Shown: piece after piece, positions 1 through 8,700 of the stretch
Layout: the number at the start of each line of letters is the position of its first letter
Numbering within the stretch: position 1 is the first letter of the stretch
DNA from: Phycisphaerae bacterium
Lineage (GTDB): Bacteria; Planctomycetota; Phycisphaerae; SM23-33
Assembly: GCA_021108335.1 (NCBI GenBank)
Contig: JAIORC010000021.1
Coordinates: 1-22,240, forward strand
Direction: 5' to 3'
Length of the DNA stretch: 22,240 bases
The notes under the pieces: generated by a model
Told to the model about the DNA's origin: nothing
What the model saw: only the letters and a program-made list of their open reading frames with translations
Databases searched by the model: none
Program-made: the position numbers and the translations under genes

Positions 1-1
1 A

Positions 2-1642
2 GTGCAGATCAAAATGCTCCGCGGCGGCAAGTGGCAGCTGTTGGGAACGCTGGAAGCCACCGGCGACAACAAGTGGAAAACTTTCACCTGCGATATTCCC
101 AATGTCTCGGTAAAAATGGAAAGATTCGAGCTGGTCGCCCATGTCCGCCAGGACAAGTCCACGCCAATCGACTCCATAACCATTACCCTGCCGATCCAGC
201 CAAAGCAGAAAACCGAGCCGGACCGGCTGCTTACACAGAAAGAGTACTGGAAAAAATCGCTGGTTACAGCCGCCGAGGCCTACTGGGGAATGCCCCTGGG
301 GCAAAACTGGTTCGTACAGAATCAATTCCTGGTGGGTAAGCATTTTCTACTGGAAGTGTATCACATAACGGGGGATAAGCGATACCTTGATTGTGTGCTG
401 GCTGCCCTGAACAAGTACACTTTCCGCTATCCTTATACCCAGGACGGCATACAGGGCGAGTGGAACGAAGCCATCCGCGGAGCCACGAAGCGAAGGGTGA
501 GAACACTCGGTTACGACCCCAATTACACCTTCACATCAGAGTCCGCCATTGCGCTTATCTACAATCTCCTGCCCGAGAAACTCGCAGCCGCTGAGCGAAA
601 AAAATTCAGGGAGATAATGGCTAAGCATTTCGACACGCTGCAATACCTGACCATGCCGCGGGAGAATAACTATTATCACCAAGCCGGCTTCGGGTGTCGA
701 GGCAACGCGAGAAAGTACAATTTCTGGCAAGTGCCTCTCAACAATGCCGGCACTAATTCCGATTTCCTGCTCGCACCGTTCGTTTTCGCGGAGTGCTCGC
801 CGGTCGCCAAAAAGTGGGCGGCGATAATCTGCGAAGATTTCAATACCCCCTCGCTGCCGTACGGCCAAGCGTGGGGACGGAGTAAAGACGGCGGCCCGGC
901 AGGTTACAGCCTCTCCTGGGCGCCACACGAGGCGCACCAGTTCATCGATTGTTACGAATTCTGGAAAGATTATTCTTCGGACTACGTGCTCGTAAACGAC
1001 CGCAAGGAAGGATATATCAAAAATCTATCCGAGACGAAAATCGTGGCTGTCAAGACGGGCGGCTATATCGTCAACCTTTCCTACGGCTCGGCGGTTCCAA
1101 GCGGCGGCGTGATTGCCGATGTGTACAGCCTGGCCCACAAGAGCCACCTGTTCAGCGGGCGCGCCGGCCAACTCTATGGCCTGAACTGCCTTATATACGA
1201 GCAGGACGGGAAGACGGCATCGAATAATTTCGACGTCAAGGCCAAGTGCAAGATACTGAGCGACAAAGCCCCCTATAAAATACAAATCTCCGGAACCTTG
1301 CGGCATAGAAATCAGAAAACCGTTCCGATCAACTACACAATAACCTATTGCTTCAAAGACGACGCCATCGAAGTAACGAATAAACTGAAAATCCTCAAGC
1401 CGCTGGAAGGCAAACTATACGTAGTCTGCACGCCCATACAGGCCGCCAAACCGCCGGTAATCTCCGACAAAAAAATAACTTATGATAGGACTGTGATTCA
1501 GAGCCACGCCGCTATATCCGCCGAACTGCAGGAAAAGGCCAAAACAGGCGGCTGGGGAACAGTGGACGTGATAAGAATGTTCGAACAATCCGCCACGGAC
1601 AAAACGTCGCTGACTCAAAAGTACGAAGTCCTATTAAAATAA
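2..1642 (+). CDS. Secreted protein of unknown family, 5'-truncated by the window edge. It is a tandem paralog of the next gene.
   Basis: Open frame runs from the window start to TAA at 1640-1642. The 546 aa align colinearly at ~90% identity with residues ~270-823 of the downstream ORF. DNA at 1-60 matches 2450-2510 almost base for base. The homology begins exactly at the window edge, so the gene extends upstream. Confidence 0.8.
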   Translation: MQIKMLRGGKWQLLGTLEATGDNKWKTFTCDIPNVSVKMERFELVAHVRQDKSTPIDSITITLPIQPKQKTEPDRLLTQKEYWKKSLVTAAEAYWGMPLGQNWFVQNQFLVGKHFLLEVYHITGDKRYLDCVLAALNKYTFRYPYTQDGIQGEWNEAIRGATKRRVRTLGYDPNYTFTSESAIALIYNLLPEKLAAAERKKFREIMAKHFDTLQYLTMPRENNYYHQAGFGCRGNARKYNFWQVPLNNAGTNSDFLLAPFVFAECSPVAKKWAAIICEDFNTPSLPYGQAWGRSKDGGPAGYSLSWAPHEAHQFIDCYEFWKDYSSDYVLVNDRKEGYIKNLSETKIVAVKTGGYIVNLSYGSAVPSGGVIADVYSLAHKSHLFSGRAGQLYGLNCLIYEQDGKTASNNFDVKAKCKILSDKAPYKIQISGTLRHRNQKTVPINYTITYCFKDDAIEVTNKLKILKPLEGKLYVVCTPIQAAKPPVISDKKITYDRTVIQSHAAISAELQEKAKTGGWGTVDVIRMFEQSATDKTSLTQKYEVLLK

Positions 1643-1646
1643 TCTG

Positions 1647-4118
1647 ATGATTAATCAAAATTTAGCAGGAACTCAAAAAATGACTAGCAAAGCACCCGCT
1701 ATGGGCAGCGTTTTTTTATCGAGTCTGATTCTGTTGGCGATTCCCTCCGTGTCCATGAGCGCCGGGCCGAAGGCCGACAAACCGGCTGCCTCAAATCGCA
1801 TCAATACCATTAAAACTTTTGATCTGATGATTCCGAGGGCATTGGCTGCCCAGCAAATGGATCCGAAGAAACCGGCTTACGGCTCCATGCCGATTAAAAG
1901 GGAAAGTCAGTTCTTCATCCACGAGGCGATATACGGCCTGGCGTGGAGATACAATCACGACCTGACGGCGGAGCTGGGATACAAGGATCCCTGGTACCGT
2001 AACCCCAAACTGCTGAAAAGCGCCATTGCCATGGGCGAATATATCATTTCCCGACAGAGACAGAGGGGCGGATGGGGGTGGACGAGGGGATACGTCGAAA
2101 ACGCGTTTATCGGGCGAACGCTGGCCAAGGCCTACGTGCAGCTCGAACCGTATCTCGATGATACCGTGAGAGATCGCAAATGGCCGACGCGGAAAAGCAA
2201 ATTCAGCGGAAATGTCGGCGACAATGACGATTTCAGGGGCAACTTGACTGGGCATATCTGGCTGGCGCCGCCAAGGAGGTGGTCGGCCATCGCCAAAGAC
2301 GGGAAGACCGATTACCGTACGCCTGCTGCCAAGTCAATGTCCTATTTTTATTACATGAACCGTGGCGGGAATAAATATGACAAGGACTCCGACGGGATAA
2401 TCGACGCGCCTTTCAAGTTGGCTATCCGATACAAAGACACGGGCGCGAAAGTGCAGATCAAAATGCTCCGCGGCGGCAAGTGGCAGCTGTTGGGAACGCT
2501 GGAATCCACCGGCGACAACAAGTGGAAAATTTTCACCTGCGATATTTCCAATATCCCGGTAAAAATGGAAAGATTCGATATGGCCGCCCATGTCCGCCAG
2601 GACAAGTCCACGCCAATCGATTCCATAACCATTACCCCGCCGATCCAGCCGAAGCCCAAAGCCGACCCGGACCGGCTGCTTACACAGAAAGAGTATTGGA
2701 AAAAATCGCTGGTAACAGCCGCCGAGGCTTATTGGGGAATGCCCCTGGGGCAGAACTGGTTCGTTCAGAATCAGTTCCTGGTGGCTAAGCATTTTCTATT
2801 GGAAATGTATCATATAACGGGGGAGAAGCGATACCTTGATTGCGTGCTGGCGGCCCTGAACAAGTATACTTTCCGCTATCCCTATACCCAGGACGGATTG
2901 CAGGGCGAGTGGAACAACTCCATCCACGGAGCCACGAAGCGAGGGGTGAAAAAAATCGGTTACGACCCCAATTACGCTTTTACTTCCGAGTCCGCCCTGG
3001 CGCTTATCTACAATCTCCTGCCCGAGAAACTTGCGGCGGCTGAGCGAAAGAAAATCAGGGAGATAATGGCTAAGCATTTCGACACGCTGCAATACCTGAC
3101 CATGCCGCGGGAGAATAACTATTATCACCAAGCCGGCTTCGGGTGTCGGGGCAACGCGAGAAAGTACAATTTCTGGCAAGTGCCTCTCAACAATGCCGGC
3201 ACACATTCCGATTTTCTGCTCGCGCCGTTCGTTTTCGCACAACACTCACCGGTCGCCAAAAAGTGGGCTGCGATAATCTGCGAGGATTTCAACACTCCCT
3301 CGCTGCCGTACGGCCAATCGTGGGGGCGGGGCAAAAACGGCGGCCCGACAGGTTACAGCCTCGCCTGGTCGGCACACGAGACGCACCAGTTCATCGATTG
3401 TTACGAGTTCTGGAAAAAATATTCTTCGGATTACGTGCTCGTAAACGACCGCAAGGAAGGATACCTCAAGAATCTATCCGAGACGAAGATCGTGGCTGTC
3501 AAGACGGGCGGCTATATCGTCAACCTTTCCTATGGCCCGGCAACTCCAAGCGGCGGCGTGATTGCCGACATGTACGACCTGGCCAAAAAGAGCCACCAGT
3601 TCAGCGGGCACTCTCGCAGGCTCCAAGGCCTGAACTGCATCGTATACGAGCAGGACGGAAAGACGGCAGCGAATAATTACGACATCGAGGCCAAGTGCAA
3701 GGTACGGAGCGACAAAGCCCCCTACAAAATACAAATCTCCGGAACCTTGCGGCATAGAAGAAGCCAGAAAACTGTTCCGATCAACTACACGACAACCTAT
3801 TGCTTCAAAGACGACGCCATCGAGATAACGAATAAACTGGAAATCATCAAGCCGGTAAAAGGCAAACTATACGTAATCTACACGCCCATACAGGCCGACA
3901 ACGCCCCGGTAACATCCTATAAAAAAATAATTTATGATTGGTGCATAATAAGACATGGAAAACACTCCGCCAAACGGCAAGAAGTCGGAAAGGCAAAGGC
4001 CGCAAAGGCCGGCTGGGGAAAAGTGGATGTGATAAAAATGTTCGAACAATCCGCCGCAGGCAAAACATCGCTGACTCAAAAGTACGAAATACGGAAGCTC
4101 GGAGCACGGGCAAAATAA
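1647..4118 (+). CDS. Secreted 823-aa protein with an N-terminal signal peptide, family unassigned. It may be a carbohydrate-active enzyme of alpha/alpha-toroid type, but this is speculative.
   Basis: ATG at 1647 lies 4 nt after the upstream stop. The N-terminus MTSKAPAMGSVFLSSLILLAIPSVSMSAGPK has a hydrophobic h-region followed by A-x-A-like cleavage context. It is one long uninterrupted ORF. It is rich in W/Y/aromatic motifs (GGWGWTRGY, WFVQNQF, NNYYHQAGFG) that recur in glycan-binding folds. I recognise no family signature with certainty. Confidence 0.8.
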   Translation: MINQNLAGTQKMTSKAPAMGSVFLSSLILLAIPSVSMSAGPKADKPAASNRINTIKTFDLMIPRALAAQQMDPKKPAYGSMPIKRESQFFIHEAIYGLAWRYNHDLTAELGYKDPWYRNPKLLKSAIAMGEYIISRQRQRGGWGWTRGYVENAFIGRTLAKAYVQLEPYLDDTVRDRKWPTRKSKFSGNVGDNDDFRGNLTGHIWLAPPRRWSAIAKDGKTDYRTPAAKSMSYFYYMNRGGNKYDKDSDGIIDAPFKLAIRYKDTGAKVQIKMLRGGKWQLLGTLESTGDNKWKIFTCDISNIPVKMERFDMAAHVRQDKSTPIDSITITPPIQPKPKADPDRLLTQKEYWKKSLVTAAEAYWGMPLGQNWFVQNQFLVAKHFLLEMYHITGEKRYLDCVLAALNKYTFRYPYTQDGLQGEWNNSIHGATKRGVKKIGYDPNYAFTSESALALIYNLLPEKLAAAERKKIREIMAKHFDTLQYLTMPRENNYYHQAGFGCRGNARKYNFWQVPLNNAGTHSDFLLAPFVFAQHSPVAKKWAAIICEDFNTPSLPYGQSWGRGKNGGPTGYSLAWSAHETHQFIDCYEFWKKYSSDYVLVNDRKEGYLKNLSETKIVAVKTGGYIVNLSYGPATPSGGVIADMYDLAKKSHQFSGHSRRLQGLNCIVYEQDGKTAANNYDIEAKCKVRSDKAPYKIQISGTLRHRRSQKTVPINYTTTYCFKDDAIEITNKLEIIKPVKGKLYVIYTPIQADNAPVTSYKKIIYDWCIIRHGKHSAKRQEVGKAKAAKAGWGKVDVIKMFEQSAAGKTSLTQKYEIRKLGARAK

Positions 4119-4218
4119 TTCGATACAAACAATTTCAGACAGTTTCTACAAATTGCCCTGGTACTCCGTCCCAGAGACAATAATGGGTGCCCCCCAGGGG
4201 GCGGTAAAAAAACGCGTC

Positions 4219-4254
4219 GGGTGCCGTGGCGGGAAGCGAAGCTTTCAGCCACGA
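4219..4254 (-). repeat. REP-like 36-nt core repeat, copy A1 in inverted orientation.
   Basis: It is the reverse complement of the consensus TCGTGGCTGAAAGCTTCGCTTCCCGCCACGGCACCC and identical to copy A2. Confidence 0.7.
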
Positions 4255-4292
4255 AAGAGAGACACACCATGGCAGATGGTATGTTTGGGTGG

Positions 4293-4320
4293 CATGGTCC
4301 CCTGGGGACCATGTGTTTTT
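4293..4320 (+). terminator. Candidate intrinsic terminator: 10-bp GC-rich stem followed by a T tract.
   Basis: catggtcccc-t-ggggaccatg is followed by tgttttt. It lies ~175 nt downstream of the stop of the 823-aa gene and inside the repeat element. Confidence 0.35.
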
Positions 4321-4544
4321 CGTCCCGCGAACCAGGTGCGAGGGTGGCACAGGTTTGCAACCTGTGCCGCGGTGGCCTGGGAAGGCCACCGCGCTAGGGT
4401 ACAAAGTGAGGCCATGAGGGATGGCGTAGAAATTGCGAATCGATCTTTCATGGCTACCCCGCAAAAAACGCGGGGTTTCCATGCCACCCGACATCGTGGG
4501 AAATTGTCGGGTGCCCCCCAAGGGGCTTTCTCGCAATAGTTACG

Positions 4545-4580
4545 TCGTGGCTGAAAGCTTCGCTTCCCGCCACGGCACCC
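4545..4580 (+). repeat. REP-like 36-nt core repeat, copy A2.
   Basis: tcgtggctgaaagcttcgcttcccgccacggcaccc. Its ends CGTGGC...GCCACG are themselves inverted, which is the palindromic character of REP elements. Confidence 0.7.
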
Positions 4581-4600
4581 ATTATTTTTTACGGGACAGA

Positions 4601-5875
4601 TTACCAGGAAGCCGCTACAAATTGCTCCAGCTCAGTTACCAGGCGGCTGGCGTGGTCGGCCAGAAGTTCCAGGCCTCCACGTTTGGGGCGGAAAGCGTTA
4701 TAGAAAAGAAATGCGGATTCGACCTCGTAGCCGCCCTCGTCATACGCCGAGGCTGTGGGCACATACCCGACTACGCCATTGGCCAAACCTACCGTGTAAA
4801 CTTTTTGCCACGTACTCGCGCGAACTATCTCCGTAAAAGTGGAAAAGATTTCCGCGTTGACACCCAGCAATACAACACCGCCAATCGCCAGGGCGAATAA
4901 TTCGATGTCTACATAATCGGCACCGTTGTTTTGCACGTACTCCGTCATCGACTCGCGCCAGGTCTCAACCGCGAGGCGATAATTTTCGCCCCAATCCGGA
5001 TCGTTGGCAAAGGAGAGGTATTGATCCGCATGGCTATTGATCTGTTCGACACTCCAGACATCCAGGGGCAGCGGAACGGTTTTTGTCAAGACTACCGGCG
5101 ACGCATTTTTTGCCGGCGCGCCTGTCGGTGCCTGTAGCAGTTTGTCTATAACGGACTCCGCCAATTGCCGGCTCCAATCCTTCATCTGCTCGAAATCGAC
5201 GCCGACTGTCGGCGGATTTATATTGCCGCACGCGCCGACGCACACCAGCGCCATCGGTTTACCGGGCAATTGTTCAGACAGAGCAATTGCGGCTTGCCCC
5301 GGGTAATCGGCGCTGGTCTGGTAGTCCTTCATGCAGACCGCGTGCATGGCATAATTAAGCACGACCGCTTTGAACGTATCATCAGTTCGCCGCCATCCAA
5401 TCGCCCCGACGCGCGGATCTGCATGGGCCGAAGCCCCCCGCCGAACTATTGCCAATTCATACAGGCCCTCGACGGTTACTGGCGTGCAGTTTTCGGTATT
5501 CGCCAGGGCATCGGCGGCAGCGGCTTGCATCCACTGTTTTAACTGCTCGACGTAGCCGGCATCGTATCGGCCACACCCGGTCAGGTGAACCACCACCGGG
5601 CCGGAGTGGGTATGCGTAGCCGAAACCATCACACGCGACGACGGCAAGCCCAGTTCCCGCTCGGCCCAGCGCCTGAAGTCATCGACGAAGCTCCGCTCGA
5701 AACCGAGCAAATCCGCGTGAAGCCACAATACGCGTTCGTCGCCTTCTTCCAGGTACAAAGCCCGGCAATACAACGGGTCGTGCACACCCGTCGAGGGGTG
5801 CGTGCGGTCGGCAAAGCCCGTTATGTCGCTGCCCGGCTTGGGTGTAATGTCTATCTGCGACGTTCCAACAATCAT
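4601..5875 (-). CDS. Hydrolase with a neutral/alkaline ceramidase N-terminal-like domain, 424 aa.
   Basis: ATG at 5875 overlaps the upstream TGA as ATGA. The N-terminal block MIVGTSQIDITPKPGSDITGFADR...HDPLYCRALYLEEGDERVLWLHADL resembles the start of the neutral ceramidase family (GxxxxDITP...G, hydroxy/acidic ladder). No signal peptide is visible. The functional call is made from memory of family motifs and has moderate confidence only. Confidence 0.6.
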   Translation of the reverse strand: MIVGTSQIDITPKPGSDITGFADRTHPSTGVHDPLYCRALYLEEGDERVLWLHADLLGFERSFVDDFRRWAERELGLPSSRVMVSATHTHSGPVVVHLTGCGRYDAGYVEQLKQWMQAAAADALANTENCTPVTVEGLYELAIVRRGASAHADPRVGAIGWRRTDDTFKAVVLNYAMHAVCMKDYQTSADYPGQAAIALSEQLPGKPMALVCVGACGNINPPTVGVDFEQMKDWSRQLAESVIDKLLQAPTGAPAKNASPVVLTKTVPLPLDVWSVEQINSHADQYLSFANDPDWGENYRLAVETWRESMTEYVQNNGADYVDIELFALAIGGVVLLGVNAEIFSTFTEIVRASTWQKVYTVGLANGVVGYVPTASAYDEGGYEVESAFLFYNAFRPKRGGLELLADHASRLVTELEQFVAASW

Positions 5876-7137
5876 GCAGTTGCTCCGACAGTTTTTTCCG
5901 CCGGTTCAGCCAGGCTGTCAAGGTTTGCGTGAACCTTTTCGAATGCGCGGATAATATCGTCCATATCCTTTTGCTCGCCAAGCAACAGACTTTGATACAT
6001 CCAGGCGCCCTGTTCGGTGCAAATCGTCTCGCAATTCGGGCAGTTCGTCCTGGTGTAGTCCAAATCTGGATGGTTATTTTTATATCCCGTGTAAGGGCCG
6101 AAGGCAAGATTTGTGAACACCGGTTGGCGGTACAGCGGCAGAACATAGCCCGCGCAGGCGGGAATGCCCTCCGCCTCGATTGCCGCAAGGAATACCTCAC
6201 GCGATACGCCAAGCTCCGCCGGGTTCAGGCGGAACAGGAACAGATGGCAGCCATGCCGGGTGCAATCGTCGCCGCGCTTTTGCAGGTAGATTCCGGACAG
6301 TTTCGACAGCCGCTCGACAAGATATTTCGCGTTCCGGTCGCGCCGCGCAGCCTGCTCGTCAAACCGGTCGAACTGGGCGTTGAGTATCGCGCCCTGGAAC
6401 TCGCCAAGACGATAATTCCCGCTGATAATGTGGTGCTCGTACCACTGGCCGTCTTCCGCGCGGCCACAATTGTGGATAGATCGGCATTCCCCGGCCAGGT
6501 CGTCGTCGCTGGTGATAACGATGCCGCCCTCGCCGCTGGTGAAGTTCTTGCTGGACTGGAACGAGAACGAACCCATGTGCCCGAGCGAGCCGACGCGCCG
6601 GCCTTTATATTCGGCCCCGTGTGCATGGGCGGAGTCCTCGATAACCGTAAGCCCGTGGCGATTGGCGATGTCCATGATCGCGTCCATGTCAGCCGGCAGC
6701 CCGCCGACGTGTACCGGAATTATCGCTTTGGTCCGATCCGTAATCGCCGCCTCGATGGCTTTGGGGTCGATGTTGAATGTCTCCAGGTCGATGTCGACAA
6801 ATACCGGCGTGGCGTTGGCTTCAACGACAGCCGTGGCGGTCGCGAGGAAAGTGTACGGCGGGACGATAACCTCATCGCCGGCTTCGATTCCCGCAGCCAG
6901 CAGCGCGATACGCAGCGAAACCGTGCCGTTTACCACGGCGATACCGTGGGCGGCGTGATGGTAATCCGCGAATCGCCGTTCAAACTTCGCCACTTCATCG
7001 CCACTCAGCCGGCCCCATTGGCCACTGTTCAAAACACGGGACAAGGCGGTTTGCTCTTCCTTACCGAAAATCGGCCAACTCGGAAAAGGTTCCGTCCGTA
7101 CAGGGGAACCGCCGTTAATTGCTAACTCTTCAGACAT
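5872..7137 (-). CDS. DegT/DnrJ/EryC1/StrS-family PLP-dependent aminotransferase, 421 aa.
   Basis: ATG at 7137 is preceded (minus sense) by aaggag 9 nt upstream. It carries the PLP-lysine block SFSFQSSKNFTSGEGG and a typical N-terminal NGG-P motif (AINGGSPVR). It has a 4-nt stop/start overlap with the downstream ceramidase-like gene, which points to an operon. Confidence 0.85.
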   Translation of the reverse strand: MSEELAINGGSPVRTEPFPSWPIFGKEEQTALSRVLNSGQWGRLSGDEVAKFERRFADYHHAAHGIAVVNGTVSLRIALLAAGIEAGDEVIVPPYTFLATATAVVEANATPVFVDIDLETFNIDPKAIEAAITDRTKAIIPVHVGGLPADMDAIMDIANRHGLTVIEDSAHAHGAEYKGRRVGSLGHMGSFSFQSSKNFTSGEGGIVITSDDDLAGECRSIHNCGRAEDGQWYEHHIISGNYRLGEFQGAILNAQFDRFDEQAARRDRNAKYLVERLSKLSGIYLQKRGDDCTRHGCHLFLFRLNPAELGVSREVFLAAIEAEGIPACAGYVLPLYRQPVFTNLAFGPYTGYKNNHPDLDYTRTNCPNCETICTEQGAWMYQSLLLGEQKDMDDIIRAFEKVHANLDSLAEPAEKTVGATA

Positions 7138-7401
7138 CTGCTACAGCTCCTTTACGCCTGGCTAAGTCCAGGTAACTTCTCGAATATATATATTGTCGCG
7201 AAAACGCTCACTTGTTGCATATGCGTTCCATTCTTATCATATCACAGTTTGTGGCCGTTCCAAGAATAAAATCAATTTGAGGCATTTTTTTATCATTACC
7301 GGCGATTCGCGCTGAAATAGCCGGAATTATGTGATAATAATCGCTTTGTCGGCCCGGTAAGGGCAACTGGGGTTCCTGATCGGAATATTTTCAAGCGGTA
7401 C
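7138..7401. promoter_or_regulatory. AT-rich divergent intergenic region. It probably holds the promoters of the aminotransferase operon and the ROK regulator. TTATCA-type motifs recur in it.
   Basis: About 40% GC against ~57% in the surrounding DNA. ttatcatatcaca at 7234-7246, tatcatta at 7291-7298 and the inverted copy tgtgataataatc at 7330-7342 occur in the same region. A run atatatatat sits at 7186-7195. Confidence 0.4.
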
Positions 7402-8634
7402 TTGTCAGGTGGGAAGATATCTGATAAAGTACCAGATATGGAACTTATGCAAAACCAACCCGGCAAATTGAATGAACAAACCCGCAAGCGTAACGTGAAT
7501 CGTTATGCGATACTTCGCATGCTTCATTTTGAGGAGACGTTACGCCGCGCGGAGCTGAGCCGTGAACTGAAAATCCGTAAGTCCAGCGTAACAAACATCA
7601 TAGCCGAATTGATCGACAACGGCGTGGTAGTCGCCAATAATCCGGATAAACTCCGCAGCAGCCTGAGCCTCAACACGGAAACGTACCACGTGCTCGTCGC
7701 GAGTATCTGCCCCAGCGAAATATTTTTCGCCCGCGTCCACCTCGACGGCTCCATCCAGAATATGCACGGCCTGGCCTTTGATCCGCATACCAGCCAGCCG
7801 GAGCAGATACTGGAAATGATCGCCGACGGTTTTCGGGAAGACATCCGGCGGGCCGACGGTATCGTAATGGGCCTGGGCGTAGCCGATCCGGGCATTGTTG
7901 ATCCGGAGGCGGGCGTCAGCCACTTTGCGGCGAACCTTCCGCACTGGAAAAACATCCCCGTCCGCCAGACGCTCGAATCGAAGCTCGGCAGGCCTGTGCA
8001 TGTCAACAGCGACATCCGCTGCCAGCTATGGGCCAACGCCTGGTTCAGCCGCTATATCAAGCGATATCGCAACATGCTGTACGTCGGCATTCTTGACGGG
8101 CTTGCCGCCGCGTCGATTATTCACGGCCAGATGGTCGTCGGCAACAGTTATTCGGCTGGCGAGTTCGGGCACATTTCCGCCGGTAACGAGATGCGGCCTT
8201 GTGCCTGCGGCAAGACGGACTGCCTGGAAACCTATTGCAGCGTCGGGGCGATTTTGGATGAGATCAAGCGTGTTCAGCCCGGCTTGGAGAAGATTTCTTC
8301 AATATCGGATGTTGCGAAAATCGCCCGCGAAGACCGCGTGGTTCGCAACGTTTTGGACAGAATCGTTCGCCGGCTTGCCGGTACGCTCAGCCCGATAGTC
8401 GCAGCCCTGGATCCCCAGGCGGTGATTATCGGCAGCGACGACATGGAGTTTTCCGCAATATTCGGGCAGTTTTTGCACAAGAATCTGCAAGCCGAGCTTG
8501 CGGGGCTGGATTCCGGCAACGTGGACATTCTCACCGGCGAGCCTGCCGACACCGCCACCATCAGGGGAATCGCCGGAATGGTAATCGAGCAATGCTTCCA
8601 TAACGGCGAACTGCAACTGCAATCCTGCGAATAG
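7402..8634 (+). CDS. ROK-family transcriptional regulator (NagC/Mlc/XylR type): N-terminal winged HTH fused to a ROK sugar-kinase-like domain.
   Basis: HTH block RYAILRMLHFEETLRRAELSRELKIRKSSVTNIIAELIDNGVV. The ROK zinc motif CACGKTDCLETYCS is present. The ORF finder start is TTG at 7402. The in-frame ATG codons at 7438 and 7447 are more likely true starts. Confidence 0.85.
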   Translation: MSGGKISDKVPDMELMQNQPGKLNEQTRKRNVNRYAILRMLHFEETLRRAELSRELKIRKSSVTNIIAELIDNGVVVANNPDKLRSSLSLNTETYHVLVASICPSEIFFARVHLDGSIQNMHGLAFDPHTSQPEQILEMIADGFREDIRRADGIVMGLGVADPGIVDPEAGVSHFAANLPHWKNIPVRQTLESKLGRPVHVNSDIRCQLWANAWFSRYIKRYRNMLYVGILDGLAAASIIHGQMVVGNSYSAGEFGHISAGNEMRPCACGKTDCLETYCSVGAILDEIKRVQPGLEKISSISDVAKIAREDRVVRNVLDRIVRRLAGTLSPIVAALDPQAVIIGSDDMEFSAIFGQFLHKNLQAELAGLDSGNVDILTGEPADTATIRGIAGMVIEQCFHNGELQLQSCE

Positions 8635-8700
8635 CCGCTGGGATACTACGAAACCATGCCGGGCGGCTCCTCCGCAAAATCGCTCTCGACGTAGCGACGG

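Larger units (their letters stand above)
4198..4600. repeat. Composite inverted-repeat element. Two copies of the 36-nt core in opposite orientation, plus extended arms cggtaaaaaa / ttttttacgg, flank ~290 bp of hairpin-rich non-coding DNA. It is MITE-like or a structured RNA.
   Basis: 4219-4254 (gggtgccgtggcgggaagcgaagctttcagccacga) is the exact reverse complement of 4545-4580. Flanking cggtaaaaaa at 4202-4211 is mirrored by ttttttacgg at 4585-4594. The interior holds perfect hairpins at 4293-4313, 4346-4368, 4369-4392 and 4457-4475. The element sits between convergent gene ends at 4118 and 4601. Confidence 0.6.

Noticed and set aside
2334-3245. Several 100-150-aa minus- and plus-strand ORFs inside the tandem secreted-protein genes, duplicated in both copies (e.g. 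31-339 and 2480-2788).
   Set aside because: They recur only because the underlying DNA is duplicated. They are off-frame or antisense to a long, well-supported plus-strand ORF.
4135-4539. 128-aa and 133-aa ORFs inside the 4.12-4.60 kb spacer.
   Set aside because: They overlap each other on opposite strands inside the inverted-repeat element. They are Arg/Gly/Trp-rich, have no SD, and are interrupted by perfect hairpins. The open frames come from GC-rich non-coding DNA.
4198-4600. Riboswitch or housekeeping RNA (RNase P, SRP, 6S, cobalamin or TPP riboswitch) in the hairpin-rich spacer.
   Set aside because: I could not find the conserved cores (RNase P GGAAAGUCCGG, SRP GGUGCUGUUUACC-like domain IV, the B12 box, the TPP CUGAGA). 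Both flanking genes end here, so a 5' leader riboswitch has no downstream gene.
5929-7125. 398-aa plus-strand ORF entirely antisense to the DegT aminotransferase gene.
   Set aside because: It has no motifs and an Arg/Ala/Gly-rich composition typical of the reverse frame of GC-rich coding DNA. The minus-strand gene carries an unambiguous PLP-lysine signature.
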